Positions 14,529 through 26,461 of a stretch of 64,000 nucleotides of DNA are shown piece by piece; the stretch's first letter is position 1, and every line of letters starts with the position of its first letter. Location of the stretch: NCBI GenBank assembly GCA_951406725.2, contig OX597823.1, positions 52,514,001-52,578,000 on the forward strand, in the 5' to 3' direction. The notes under the pieces were generated by a model that was not told the origin of the DNA, searched no databases, and worked only from the letters and a program-made list of their open reading frames with translations. The stretch comes from Octopus vulgaris. Lineage: Eukaryota. The position numbers and the translations under genes are program-made.

Positions 14529-14603
<75 letters not shown>

Positions 14604-14779
14604 TGAGATGACTAGCTTGCTAGATAAATAGACAGCAGAAGATGGCTGGATAGCTAGATAGATAGACAGACAGACAGATAGATAGATAGATAGAGAGACA
14701 GATAGATAGATAGTCCTTAGGACTTAGTGCTTGCTTTTTCCATGAGTATGAGTAAGTATTTCATTTATGTCTTATGTAT

Positions 14780-14840
14780 TTATCGCTGAGGAGGAGAAAA
14801 TTCTTATGAATTAAATCTGAAATTGGGACCAATACGGTAA
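14780..14840 (+). ncRNA. Type I hammerhead ribozyme motif
   Basis: Stem I TTATCG/CGGTAA; core CTGAGGA; stem II GGA..AATTC-TTAT-GAATT..TCT; GAAA; stem III ATTGG/CCAAT; cleavage triplet AUA. Confidence 0.65.
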
Positions 14841-15054
14841 TAACGGAATTTTTTAGAAATTTCTATCGGCTTGTTTCGAGACTCAAAAATTATAATGGTT
14901 ATTGACAATTTTGTCTATTTTCGGCATATTTGGCATTAGAATTTTTCTTTCGTTCTTATTTTATAAGTTATTTATAAATTTAACCTTTAAAAGTATTTTT
15001 TAATATGTTGGCCATTGATAAAATTCCTTTTTCGAAAAAATTTTATCCTACATT

Positions 15055-15085
<31 letters not shown>

Positions 15086-15091
<6 letters not shown>

Positions 15092-15618
15092 AGTGTATAA
15101 AAATGTATTCACGGTGAGAAGACCACCATATGAACTCCTTACATGCTAAAATAGGCAATCAAATCCCAAACCATGAAAAAAAAGAACATTCTTATTTAAG
15201 GCGCATTGCTTGTAAGTGAGCAGGACACTTGAATGAATAAAAATCTTTGCTAACTCTATACCCATGAATCTCACCATTAATGATCAAATAAATCAATTAA
15301 GTAGTCAATTAATTGATTAATTAACCATCTGTGGCTCGTTTATTTGATCATTAATGGTGAAACTCATGTGTACAGAGTTAACTGAGATTTTTATTCCTCC
15401 AAATGCTTACAAGCAATCTGCCTTAAATAAGAATGCTTTTTGCATGGTTTGGGATTTTGAGAACCCTTTTTAGCATGTAAGAGTGTCGACATGGTGGACT
15501 TCTCTCTGTGTATAAATTTTTATACACTCTTATATTATGAAAATATTTATGTCACCGGACTTTTATTACACATGTGAACCACTGGTATAAATTATTATTT
15601 TAATAATTTTACCCTCGT
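15086..15618. mobile_element. Palindromic TA-anchored element, probable Penelope-like pLTR derivative
   Basis: Imperfect hairpin 15086-15534 (arms about 200 bp) plus about 85 bp unique terminus, flanked by (TA)n on both sides. Confidence 0.6.
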
Positions 15619-15647
15619 ATATGTATATATATATATATATATATATA

Positions 15648-15885
15648 ACAATAGGGTAATAAGAAATTATTATTACCAGTGGCCTAGCACAAAATGAATT
15701 AATCATTAGACTATATATAATTCACATAGAAATACAATAAGAAGCTTCCAAATACAAAAGCCTTGTGCTAGAAAGAGCAGTAGAAAACTCAAACCACCAA
15801 ATAAATCAATTTGGTGGTTTGAGTTTTCTACTGCTCTTTCTAGCACAAGGCTTTCCTATTTGGAAGCCTCTTATTGTATTTCTAT
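15648..15885. mobile_element. Second palindromic TA-anchored element
   Basis: Near-perfect hairpin 15726-15885; terminus AGGGTAA...ACCAGTGG resembles the reverse complement of the neighbouring element's terminus. Confidence 0.6.
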
Positions 15886-15916
15886 ATATATATATATATA
15901 TAGATAGATATATATA

Positions 15917-16670
15917 TAGGATCATCCCATAATTGATGTGATTTTTTTCAATTGCATGAACTAAAATTTGGAAGGGGACTTGCTTAAAAAGCACATAGTA
16001 ATTTAACTTTGTGCTTGTTCTTAGTGCAAGTTTTGAAGAGTGCAGTTCGATTGAAACAGTTATTTTTTCAAAGCTATAATGGAAGTGACAAAGGAGTACA
16101 TTTGTTGACATATTCTGCTTTATGAGTTCAATAAAGGCAACAATGCAATGGAAAGTGCAAGGAATATTAATGCAGTAAATGGGGATCAGACAATAATTAT
16201 AAGCAAGTGTTAACGGTGGTTCCAGAAATTCCAAGCCAGAAACTATAGCTTAGAAGAGGAGCTTTACGAGGATGTCCTGCAAACCCTGATAGAACAAAAT
16301 CCCATTGTAATTGTTGAGGAACTAGCAGAAAAGCTTTGATTTGGTCATTCAACCAATCATTCAGGAAAGCACTAGACGAAAAACAACCATCTTTGGTGTC
16401 AAGACGAAAAGTGCTTTTCCATCAGGATAATGCTTGGCCACATACAACAAGGATGACAGTCCAAAGGCTGGATAAGTTTGAATGGCAAACGAAGCCCTAC
16501 CCATCATATTCGCTGGACGTTGCCCTATCTAATTATTCCACAGTCTTCAAAATCATTTGGACGGAAGTAAACAAGTTCAGAACAGTACTGGAGGAGTATT
16601 TTTCATCATTATCTTAATTTTGAAAAGTAAAAGAAGTGTAAAAAAACACATTATTTATGGGATGACCCAA
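15917..16670 (+). mobile_element. Internally deleted mariner (DD34D-type) element
   Basis: TIRs GGATCATCCCATAA / TTATGGGATGACCC in TA context; ORF 16336-16617 has LFHQDNAWPH and YSLDVALSNY (YSPDLAPSDY-like). Confidence 0.85.
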
Positions 16671-17635
16671 TATATATATATAAATACAAAATGGGACAAG
16701 AACGCAAAACATCAAGAAGACGATACAAAAAACACGGACAAGTCATTCGAAGCCTTTAGTATTCAGTCAAGAACTGGATCATCCTCGCAATTTCAGCTGA
16801 TTAATCTTGAGATTGCTCCAATCTGGCCAGCCCCAAGGAAAAGCTTAGCTAAGAGCATAAGATTCCGCATGTATATGATGAGCTTCTTTCAGTTTCTGTT
16901 TACCAAATCCACTCATAAGGCTTTAAAACACCTGCTTAAGGTGCCATGCAGTGGGACTGAACCCAGAACCATGTGGCTGGGAAGCAAGCTTCTTACCACA
17001 CAGCCACACCTGATCATTTTTTTCCCAAATAGTGCATGCAATTATTTGGCAAAAACAAAAGGAAAATGATCATCCCAAGATATAACAAGATATATTTAAT
17101 ATTAGATCAAAGCTTATGTATCAGTAAATGGAGTGCTGAGCCCTGTGCTTATAATAAATTGAACTTAGCTGAATCTATGTATATAGATCAAATAGTTTCT
17201 CCTTCTATCACTGAAAGTTTCAAGAAGGTTACTCAACCTGCTAGAACTGGTGACTAAATTTCTTCAAATTACCCTCTGCAGTCTTAGAGCAGGAAGGATA
17301 CACTGGGACAGGATGGTCATGATTAAAATGCTTTTGATCATAGATCTACCCAGTCAGGGCTTCTGTAGGGCTAAACAACAAGAGCAGCAACAGCAACGAT
17401 CCATCATAGTAGGGACTGGATGAACTAATGAGGGTGGCTCTATACAGTTAGCCAAAACCGTTTTTGCTATGTGTGTCTCTTTTGTTTAAGACTCATCCTT
17501 CCATTTTCTTAAACACAATAGTGAGTGATATGAAGAAGAATTGGATCCTATTTCTAGCAGGTGGAGTAGAAGCTCTCTTGTTGGCTCATGGAAAGATGGT
17601 GTGTTAAAATTTCTGTGCAGGCCATCCCAGCACAA

Positions 17636-18040
17636 AATAGATAGATAGATAGACAGATAGATAGATAGATAGATAGATAGACTGACAAATAGATAGACAG
17701 ACAAGTGGATGGACAGACAGACTGACAGATGGATGAATGGACGGATGGCTGGACAGACAGATAGATAAATAGATAGATCAATGATAAGAAAAATGATAGT
17801 CTGATGATAGACAAATACAGCAAAAAAGAAAAGATAGACAGCTAGATAGACACGTTAAAGATGGATAGATAAGGCAAAAATCAATAACTAAAAAGAATGA
17901 CAGAAGGCAAACGAAAAGAGAAAAAGAGAGAGAGAGAGAGCAGTAGAGATAGAGAGAGAGAGAACAGTAGAGAGAGAGAGTGCAGTAGAGAGAGAAGGTG
18001 AGAAAGGAAGAGGGAGAGAGAGAGAGAGAGGAGAGAGTAG
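17636..18040. repeat. (GATA/GACA)n and (GA)n purine-rich microsatellites
   Basis: Seen directly. Confidence 0.9.
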
Positions 18041-18223
18041 TAGCTAGTCTTGTAGAGATAAACGGATAAATTGACAAAAGGGAATATAGTCCTTTATATT
18101 ATTCCAAGTTGTATGAAACTAGTCAGAAGTGACTAAATAAATATTCCAAGTCACATCCCAGAGTCCATAACAATTTAGAAAACAACTTGTAGGGATTTTG
18201 ACTCTTCTGTCACATATTTTTGC

Positions 18224-18312
18224 TTATCGTCTGTGCTTGGCGTTTAACGTTGTTGCCATTGAAGCCAAACTCTCTGCTTTAGGCAGACTGGACATTCTGT
18301 GATTTCTGTTCA
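18224..18312 (-). CDS. Candidate terminal coding exon of an unidentified gene
   Basis: Acceptor TTTTATTTGTTTTTCTCCAG, then 2 nt plus NRNHRMSSLPKAESLASMATTLNAKHRR-stop in non-repetitive sequence; no recognisable homology or upstream exon. Confidence 0.25.
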
Positions 18313-18867
18313 CTGGAGAAAAACAAATAAAATACATCAGTAAAGATTAGTGGAGATTTAGAGAGAATTCTACAGTTTATCCTGCGAGCATTCTGACAGA
18401 TAGCTTAGAATTCTGCCAGAATGCACACACTGGTCTCAAAGAGGAAAAAAAAAAAATAATAAAGTAAAATAAAAGAAAAGAAGACAAAAGAGGAAAAAGA
18501 AAAGAAAAAGAAAAGAGCAAAAAATTATAAAAAGAAGAAATAAGAAATACAAAAACCTCCTAGACATGTTTGTTAGATGTGTATGTAATCTTTCACACAT
18601 AGTTGCTGCGTTTTGTCACAAACTGAATTGACATGCTTTTATTGTAAAAATAGGAAGAGATGTTTGAATCTGGACTTCATCTTAGTGACATTGCTTATTG
18701 TATAAAACTGTGCATTGGAGATTTCATGTTTGTCTTGGAGAATATTTGCTTGAAATGTACAGCAACTTAGATGGAGTATCTCTTAATGATATTACAGCTT
18801 TTCTTACACACTGGTATTAGTTCAGCCTCTTCCTAATGCTTGTTCCTTTATTCATTGCTTTTTATCC

Positions 18868-18926
18868 ATCTCTCTCTCTCTCTCTCTCCCTGTCTCTCTT
18901 TCTTTTTATCTCCGTATCTGTCTGTT

Positions 18927-18958
<32 letters not shown>

Positions 18959-18992
18959 CACACAGATACACAGACAGGCAGACAAACAAATA

Positions 18993-19040
<48 letters not shown>

Positions 19041-19051
19041 ACATATACACA

Positions 19052-19108
<57 letters not shown>

Positions 19109-19160
19109 TATACACACACATACATACACACACATGCACACATGCACACGCACACACACA
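18868..19160. repeat. Compound CT/TA/CA microsatellite
   Basis: Seen directly. Confidence 0.92.
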
Positions 19161-19339
19161 ATGTATTGAGAACTTGACTCTATTCTTGTTTTATGCTTTT
19201 TTCAAGCTTTTTTTTCTTCTTCTTAATATTTTTGTTGGAACAACTTGCTGTTTGTCTAGAACATTAAAATCCCCAAATCCCTCCACAACATTTCCAGACC
19301 ATCATTTTCTCATATTTTCGACGAAGCAACGGGATATTT

Positions 19340-19670
19340 TTTATTGCCTCTTTATTGTAGGCAAACCCAGTGTATTGAGTACAAACATCACCTTTATTAA
19401 TAGTCTATTTTTCAGGGGAATTCTGTTGAGTATGGATGTGTTGTCCACTAAAGTTTTACTAGCTATCTTTGTTTTGCATTGTGGACTGCATTGCAATTGT
19501 TGTAAATGCATAGTGAGATGGCAGGTGTGTCATACTTGTATGGCCATTTTAACCATTGGATTTGTTAAGTTTACAACTTTCATGATGGCAATCAAATTTA
19601 TAAGTCTCATTGGTCATTTGTAGCCTGTTCACAGGTTGACATGCTCTTGTCTTGTAGTTGATAAGAAGCT
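19340..19670 (-). mobile_element. Penelope-like element GIY-YIG endonuclease remnant
   Basis: Minus strand, with a stop and a frameshift: NETYKFDCHHESC...GHTSMT / HLTMHLQQ...KTLVDNTSIL...RLLIK...PTIKRQ, matching the PLE GIY-YIG layout. Confidence 0.7.
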
Positions 19671-19707
19671 TTTTTTTATTTTAGTTTTCGTATTTTTGTA
19701 ATATCTG

Positions 19708-19955
19708 AAGACATGTGGCCTAGTAGTTAAGAATGTTGCACTCATGGTCATGAGATCGGAGTTTCAATTCCCAGACCAGCTGTGCATTGTGTTCTTGAGA
19801 AAAACCCTTCATTTCACATTGCTCCAGTTCCACTCAGCTGTAAATAGGTAACTCTTCTAATCAGGGAGATTGTTGGCCTGCTTGCCCAGCCAGCAGTGTG
19901 GCATCATTCAGAACTTAAAAATTGATGCAAAGTGCATTGTGACTAGCAATTCAGA
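19708..19955 (+). mobile_element. SINE family B, tail as in the 36055 copy
   Basis: Head, core and tail similarity. Confidence 0.75.
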
Positions 19956-20153
19956 GATTTCCATCATGAGGCATATGCTCCACCAGTGGGACCAGGGGAA
20001 ATTTGTTCATTATTTTTTTTAGTGGGACATGGAATTGTAACAATATTTTCTTTCTTAGTCAATAATGTACATTTTTTTGCACTCAGTAGTAAATAAAAAA
20101 GTTACTGATAGATTCTTTTGTATTAGATAATTGTGATATAATATCAAAAATAA

Positions 20154-20378
20154 ATTCTGTTGTGTCTGGGGAGAGTCATTTTCTTTTTGTGCCTTATAAT
20201 GTAACACACTCACTGGTAAAATTTCCACTTATTTTTTATTTTTATTTTCCTAAAAGGTTGCAAGACTCAACGATAATTTCCGGAAAATAAAAATAAGAAG
20301 TAAGTGGAAATTTTACCGGTGTGTGTGTTATATTATAAGGCACAAAAAGAAAATGACTCTCCCCAGACACAACAGAAT
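20154..20378. mobile_element. Foldback/MITE-like palindrome
   Basis: Arms about 97 bp (ATTCTGTTGTGTCTGGGGAGAGTCATTTTC... / ...GAAAATGACTCTCCCCAGACACAACAGAAT) around a spacer of about 30 bp. Confidence 0.75.
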
Positions 20379-20664
20379 ATGCTTCAACACACGAACTCAT
20401 ATAAAGAATCTTGCAAACCAAATCCAAAAATGAAATAATCGAAAATAAAGTTGCTTTTTTCAACCACTGGTTAGGTATACTTTTTTCTGGGAAGTCATAG
20501 TGGGGAATGGGTGAAAATAGGTTGGGAAACATTGATCTGAATGCTTTTCATGTACTTTGTATGTGTGTGGACATTTTCTGTCTCTATGTGAATATGTGCA
20601 TTTATTTTGATTTGGATATGAATAGCTGTGGTGCATTTGTTATTTTCTATCTGAATGATTATCC

Positions 20665-20879
20665 TTGATTTTATATCTGTTTCAGTCACTGGACCACAGC
20701 CATGCTGGGGCACCACTTTGGAGAGTTTAGTCAAACAAATTGACACCAGTATTATTTGTTTAAAGTTTTGTACTAATTCTATTGGTTGCTTTTAGCTGAA
20801 CTGCTAAGTTATGGGTCATAAACAGACCAGCACTGGTTGCTAAGCAGTTGAGGGGGACAAGCACTGAGACAGAAATATG

Positions 20880-20920
<41 letters not shown>

Positions 20921-21070
20921 CAGGCTTCCATACAATTTCCATCTACCAAGTTCAGTCACAAGGTCAGCCTGAGGTTATAGTAGCAGATACCTGCCCAAGG
21001 TGTCACACAATGGGACTGAACCTAGAGCCACATGACTGAAAATTAAGCTTCTTTACCAAACAGTCATGTC
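20665..21070 (-). mobile_element. SINE family A, diverged
   Basis: Collinear with the 4900-5308 copy. Confidence 0.8.
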
Positions 21071-21127
21071 TATATAGCCAGTACTATATTACAAAGAGTT
21101 ATATATATACTCCATTGTGTAGGTGTG

Positions 21128-21174
21128 CATGGCTGATGAAGAGCCAGCTAGCTTGAAACTAGGCCAGTCCCATG
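21128..21174 (+). ncRNA. Type I hammerhead ribozyme motif
   Basis: Stem I CATGG/CCATG; CTGATGA plus one extra A; stem II GAGC-CAGCTA-GCTT; GAAA; stem III ACT-AGGCC-AGT; triplet GUC. Confidence 0.8.
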
Positions 21175-21383
21175 ATCCTGTTACTTGATGGATGTTAGTA
21201 GGGGTTCACTCCCCCTGCTAGTAATATATTGTATATAAAGGATGCAGAACTTTGCATCGCAAACCAGTTGGTGGAGAATCTGCCTGGGGTTAAACTAGAA
21301 GTAATATTCAGCTGCCACTTTGATATGGCAACCTGCTCTACTATATATATATATGCATGTATATATATGTATGTATGTGTATA

Positions 21384-21429
<46 letters not shown>

Positions 21430-21569
21430 TACTGTTCTAGCAGTTAAGGATTTTGTACAGAGTGATTTTCTAGTTATTCTTTATATTTCTCAGTTTTCTT
21501 GTGTCCAATGTAATGAACATAACATCCACATACCTGGTATGTATAGTATTTTTATGAATCAGCAGTGAA

Positions 21570-21885
21570 AGTAGTACATTGCTTAGTGGTTAGAGTATTC
21601 AGCTCACAACTGTAACATCATGAGTTTGATTCCCAGCCATGTATTGTGTCCTTGAACAAGACACTTTATTTCATGCTAACCCAGTCCTTTCAGCAGGCAA
21701 ATATGAATAGTACCTGTATTTCAAAGGGTTGGCTTTGTCACATTCTGTGTCACAATGAATCTCCTTGAGAACTAGGTTTATCTGTGGAGTTCTCAGCCAC
21801 TTGCAAGTTAATTCAATGAGCAGTCTGTTCCATTCATCATATTAAATGGAACCCTTGTCATTGTAACCAACAGACTGCCAGTAGT
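21570..21885 (+). mobile_element. SINE family B, tail as in the 63385 copy
   Basis: Head and core similarity; tail is the reverse complement of 63385-63550. Confidence 0.8.
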
Positions 21886-22454
21886 ATGTATCAGTGCCAT
21901 TTTGGTTCCCATTGTGTCAGGGTAAATGTTGTCGAAATAGACCTTAAGAGAGAGAATCCATGTCTACTACAATCTTTTGCTAAATAATTTTCCTTGTGTA
22001 CAGTGAAAGGTTACTTTGGTTGTGCAATAATCCAAACATTTCTTCAATATATTAGCCAATGTAATGGATGGTTTTATTCTTGGGCATATTTTTATCTAAT
22101 ATTGGATAGAATTCACATTCTTTCTTCTAATGGAAGATTTATAAACAATCTTCTTTACATCAAAGGTGTTACTGTTCTCTTTTTTGTTAGGTTTTTCTAA
22201 GATCTCCAAGAAGTCTTCAGATAAACAAAAGCTATATCTATCTGGTGCATATTATTTGATAGTGTTATGCAACTGTTTAGTGATCTTGTTTGTTGGTGCA
22301 TTTATTTGAGAAATTAAAGGAGATAGAGGTCTGTTTTGTTTGTGTATTTTTACTGTTGCATGTATATAAGAAGTTTAACTTCGATGCAGGAGAAAATAAG
22401 GGCATTTATCATCATAATTAGTTTGTTCAGTGTAACTTGTGGCACTGTCTTTCA

Positions 22455-23045
22455 TCTATTACTTGTTTCCATCATCAGACTGTGGCCATGCTGGAGTACC
22501 ACCTTGAAGAATTTTTAGTTGAATGAATTAACCCCAGTACTTTTTTTTACAGCACGATACATATTCTATTGATCTCTTTTGCCAAACTGCTAAATCATGG
22601 GGAAATAAACATGTAGGCATCAATTCTCAAGTGGTGATGGTGTTGGTGGTGGTGGTGATGCCAAAAAAAGTCACACAACACACACACATGTATACAACAG
22701 GATCTTTCAGTTTCTGTCTACCAAATCCATTCACAAGGAATTGGTTAGTCTCTGGCTATAGTGGAAGTACATGGCTTAGGGGTCAGGGTGCTGGACTCAT
22801 GATTGTAAAATTGTGGCTTTGATGGCCAAACCAGGTGACATATTGTATTCTTAATCAATACAGTTCATTTCACGTTGCCCCAGTTCACTCAGTTAGCAAA
22901 AATGAGCAATCTTGCGATGGACTACCATCTCATTCAGGTGGTGAATTTATACACCATGAAACCAAGAAACTGGCCCTTATGAGTCAGTATGACTTGAGAA
23001 GGTAACTTTACTTTAAATAGCGGAAGACACTTGTCCAAGGTGTAT
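22455..23045. mobile_element. SINE family A (minus) interrupted by SINE family B (plus, about 22762-23015)
   Basis: Family A sequence stops at GGCTATAG and resumes at ATAGCGGAAGACACTTGTCCAAGG. Confidence 0.75.
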
Positions 23046-23899
23046 TGTAATTGTCTTTTGATTTCACATACCACTTGGTCACAACTGTCGAGTGTTGTTT
23101 TCGCATACACTGTTCATAGCTTTGTAAACACTATGTATAGCATGCATGCAATTCTTGAAGACGCTGGTCTTCCTTCCTTCCTCTTTGCACCAACAGGTTG
23201 ATGAATGACCATTGTTAGCTATCTTGGCAAGCGCTATGTGCTTGTTATGGAATTTTCATGGGAGAAACGAAGTAAGTGGTTTCCTGTTGACTTCTTAACA
23301 GGATTTTTTTTACAAGATGTTATCTTATCAACAAGATTCACACAAGATCACCTCATCTGCCTCAACACTGAGAATGCAAAAAGTTAGAAACTGGTAATGC
23401 CATGCATTTTGCCCAAAGCACTTATGCAATTGCACAATCCATCACCCTGACCTGCCACTTTATTTTATTGGCTTTCCAAAAGTCAAAGGCAAAGTTCACT
23501 TCAGCAAGATTCAAATTAAAATGTAGAGAGCCAGAAAGATATATCTTAAAATCGTTGGTACAGCACTCTAATGTTCTGGCGAATCTGTTGCCCCCTATAG
23601 TAATTTACTGTTCAGTTTTTATCATATTGGGCTTGTATTTGCTTACATTGTTTTATATTTACGTATGGGTGGTTGTATGGATGGATGTATGAATGGATGG
23701 ATGAATGGATGGATGAATGGATGAATTAATGGATGGATAGATGGAGGGAACAAAGGAGGAAGGGAGAATGTTTGTTTACATATATTTATGTATAAATACA
23801 TATTGCTTCGTCTTATATGCTATGTATTGGTTGCGTATCTACTACATATGCTGACTCTGTACATAATGAGAAATTCCAACCACATTTCATGGTTTGCTA

Positions 23900-23949
23900 C
23901 CTCAACAGCTGTTTTATAGGATCCAGTTGCTAAGGACATCATCAGGAGG
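23900..23949 (-). ncRNA. Degenerate hammerhead motif, probably inactive
   Basis: Minus strand CCTC-CTGATGA-stem II-AAAAC-AGCT-GTT-GAGG; palindromic stem III ACAGCTGT; GAAA and GUC each altered by one transition. Confidence 0.5.
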
Positions 23950-25564
23950 AACCACGTCCAGTTTCAGTCCCTACTCCTCTACCGTTTTCGAAGTGGCAGG
24001 GCCCCCACTTTTGGGGGTGTCTTCAGCTCTGGTGTTGAATGTTGTTTTCTTATTTCTTTGGCCTTTTGGGTTTTTGGTTTCTTTGATACAGCATCAACAA
24101 ATGCTAGTGAGTGAATGACCACTCTGGAAAATTTCCCTTGAAATGCTCACTGGTAGGCTCCAGCAACCAGCACCAGTTAACTGTCATGTGACACAATCTA
24201 GGCTTCAACTGATCAATGGAGGGTCAGAGCATGTGGTTTTGGCCTGTGCATAATGTATATACTCTGCCACTTGTAATGTAATTCTAGCAGTTATTGTACT
24301 TGCTAATTCTTGCATTTTTATATTTTTCCATTCTCTTCTCTCTCCCAACATCATATCACTTGTCTCTGTTCTTTTTTTAATATTTTTTCTTTAGAGTTTT
24401 ACCATTCCTCAAAATTCATTACTTCCCTCACAATCTCTTTCCATCTCTCCATCAACTTTGTTTTTGCTTATGTCTGCTTTATTTTATGAATATCTCTTTG
24501 ACTATTGGACCTTCATCCTGCCTTCTAACTTCTCTCTTAATCCACTTGACCTCACTCTCACCACCTCCCTTCAAATTTCAACTGACCCAGCTCTTGTTAT
24601 AAACTTTTAATACTTCTTCCCTTCACATTACTTCCTCTCACTTTGTTCATCTCCCTCACAATTTACACCACCTATCACACTACTCACATCACTACTCACT
24701 TCAAATCCCACACTACTCACCCTTTCCATTTCCCCTTCTTTCTATCCCTACACCTAGCACTCCTTATTGCTCTTTCACCTCTTCGTTTCTCATTCACCTT
24801 TCTCAAAATATGAGATCTGCCTCCATCTTTATTTTTTCTTTGAAAAATGTTCAAATATCTGAAACGTTTGTTTTACCTTCCTAATGACAAATGAATTAAA
24901 TGTAATTAATTCTGTTCTATGGACTTTTGAGGATCAATTTTCATTGACACAAAGCATCACCAGTTCCCTCAAATTGTGGAATTTATCTTTGTGAATAGTA
25001 ATCCAGAGTTTATCTAACAAATAACAGAAAACATTTACACTCCACTCCTGTAATGAGTGGAGTGTAATTTTACTCCTTGTAAACTTAGATGCATAAACAC
25101 ACCACACACATATACTTGCATCTATGCACACACACATGCATGCACACATGCACACACACACATACACATACACACATGCATATTTATACATAAATGGTAG
25201 CATCAACTTGTTATCAGGTATAACACCTTTTGAGCTAACATTGCAGATGTAGTGCCTCCTCATTGTGGACTCCTGGGATACTGAAGGGTTACCACAGTAT
25301 GGTAAGACACCAACAACACTTCAAAGAGGAAGTATAGTCAGGAGGTTGATCAGAAGGGGCATCACAACTGCTGCCATCTTTACTACACCTTTTATGCCCC
25401 TGTGAACAAGGAAACTTCATGAGTAGTGGCCTTTTGTTGTCATAAAGGTGTGCGTTAACTTCAGCTACCACAATAAAAGGTCTGCCACCTATTTGTGGTT
25501 ATAAAAAGCCCTAGTCTTGATTTTAACTTGGTGGGATGGAGGGCAGAAACAGCTCATAAAGAGC

Positions 25565-26118
25565 ACTATATATACTACACATACTATATATACTACACAT
25601 ACTATATATACTACACATACTATATATACTACACATACTATATATATACTACACATACTATATACTACACATACTATATATACTACGCATACTATATATA
25701 ATACACATACTATATATACTACACATACTATATATACTACAAATACTATATATACTACACATACTATATATACTACACATACTATATATACTACACATAC
25801 TATATATACTACACATACTATATATACTACACATACTATGTATACTATACATACTATGTATACTACACATACTATATATACTACACATACTATGTATACT
25901 ACACATACTATATATACTACACATACTATATATACTACACATACTATATATACTACACATACTATATATACTATACATACTATATATACTATACATACTA
26001 TATATACTACACATACTATATATACTACACATACTATATATACTATACATACTATATCTACTACACATTCTATATATACTACACATACTATATATACTAT
26101 ACATACTACATATACTAT
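25565..26118. repeat. 18-bp minisatellite (ACTATATATACTACACAT)n, about 31 units
   Basis: Seen directly; produces the TIYTTH and VVYIVC repeat ORFs. Confidence 0.95.
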
Positions 26119-26150
26119 AGTAAATGCCACTCACTAAATTTTGGAAACGT

Positions 26151-26378
26151 TTAACCCTTTAGCATTCAGATTACTCTGTCAAATGTAACGCTTAGTCATT
26201 TACATTATTTTGAATCCATCAAGCATTTTCTCACAGCTTTGATATTTCAGGGATGTGATAATATGTTTTTAGAATGACATCATAAGACAGGTGTAAGAGG
26301 CTGGATCTGGTTGGTTTGAACATGAAATTAGTAGAATATTTGGGCCGGATATAGCTAGTTTAAATGCTAATGGGGTAA
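26151..26378 (+). mobile_element. piggyBac-type MITE
   Basis: TTAA-CCCTTTAGCATT ... AATGCTAATGGG-GTAA; fragments also at about 42670-42755 (minus) and 47228-47290. Confidence 0.7.
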
Positions 26379-26461
26379 ACCGGCAACAAAAAGACAGAGA
26401 AAAGATAAACAAAGACTACAAAAACTATATTTTTGTTTTCAATTGAGTGTCGTTTTATGTA

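Noticed and set aside
16680-16870. TA-anchored repeat with minus strand CTCAAGA...GAAATTGC
   Set aside because: Core is mismatched and the stems do not pair; it may be PLE-derived but I cannot support a ribozyme call
18928-19623. 231-aa ORF
   Set aside because: Microsatellite plus the antisense strand of a PLE endonuclease remnant
25489-26137. Repeat proteins of about 200 aa, or a CRISPR-like array
   Set aside because: Pure tandem minisatellite without unique spacers; no cas genes; eukaryotic context
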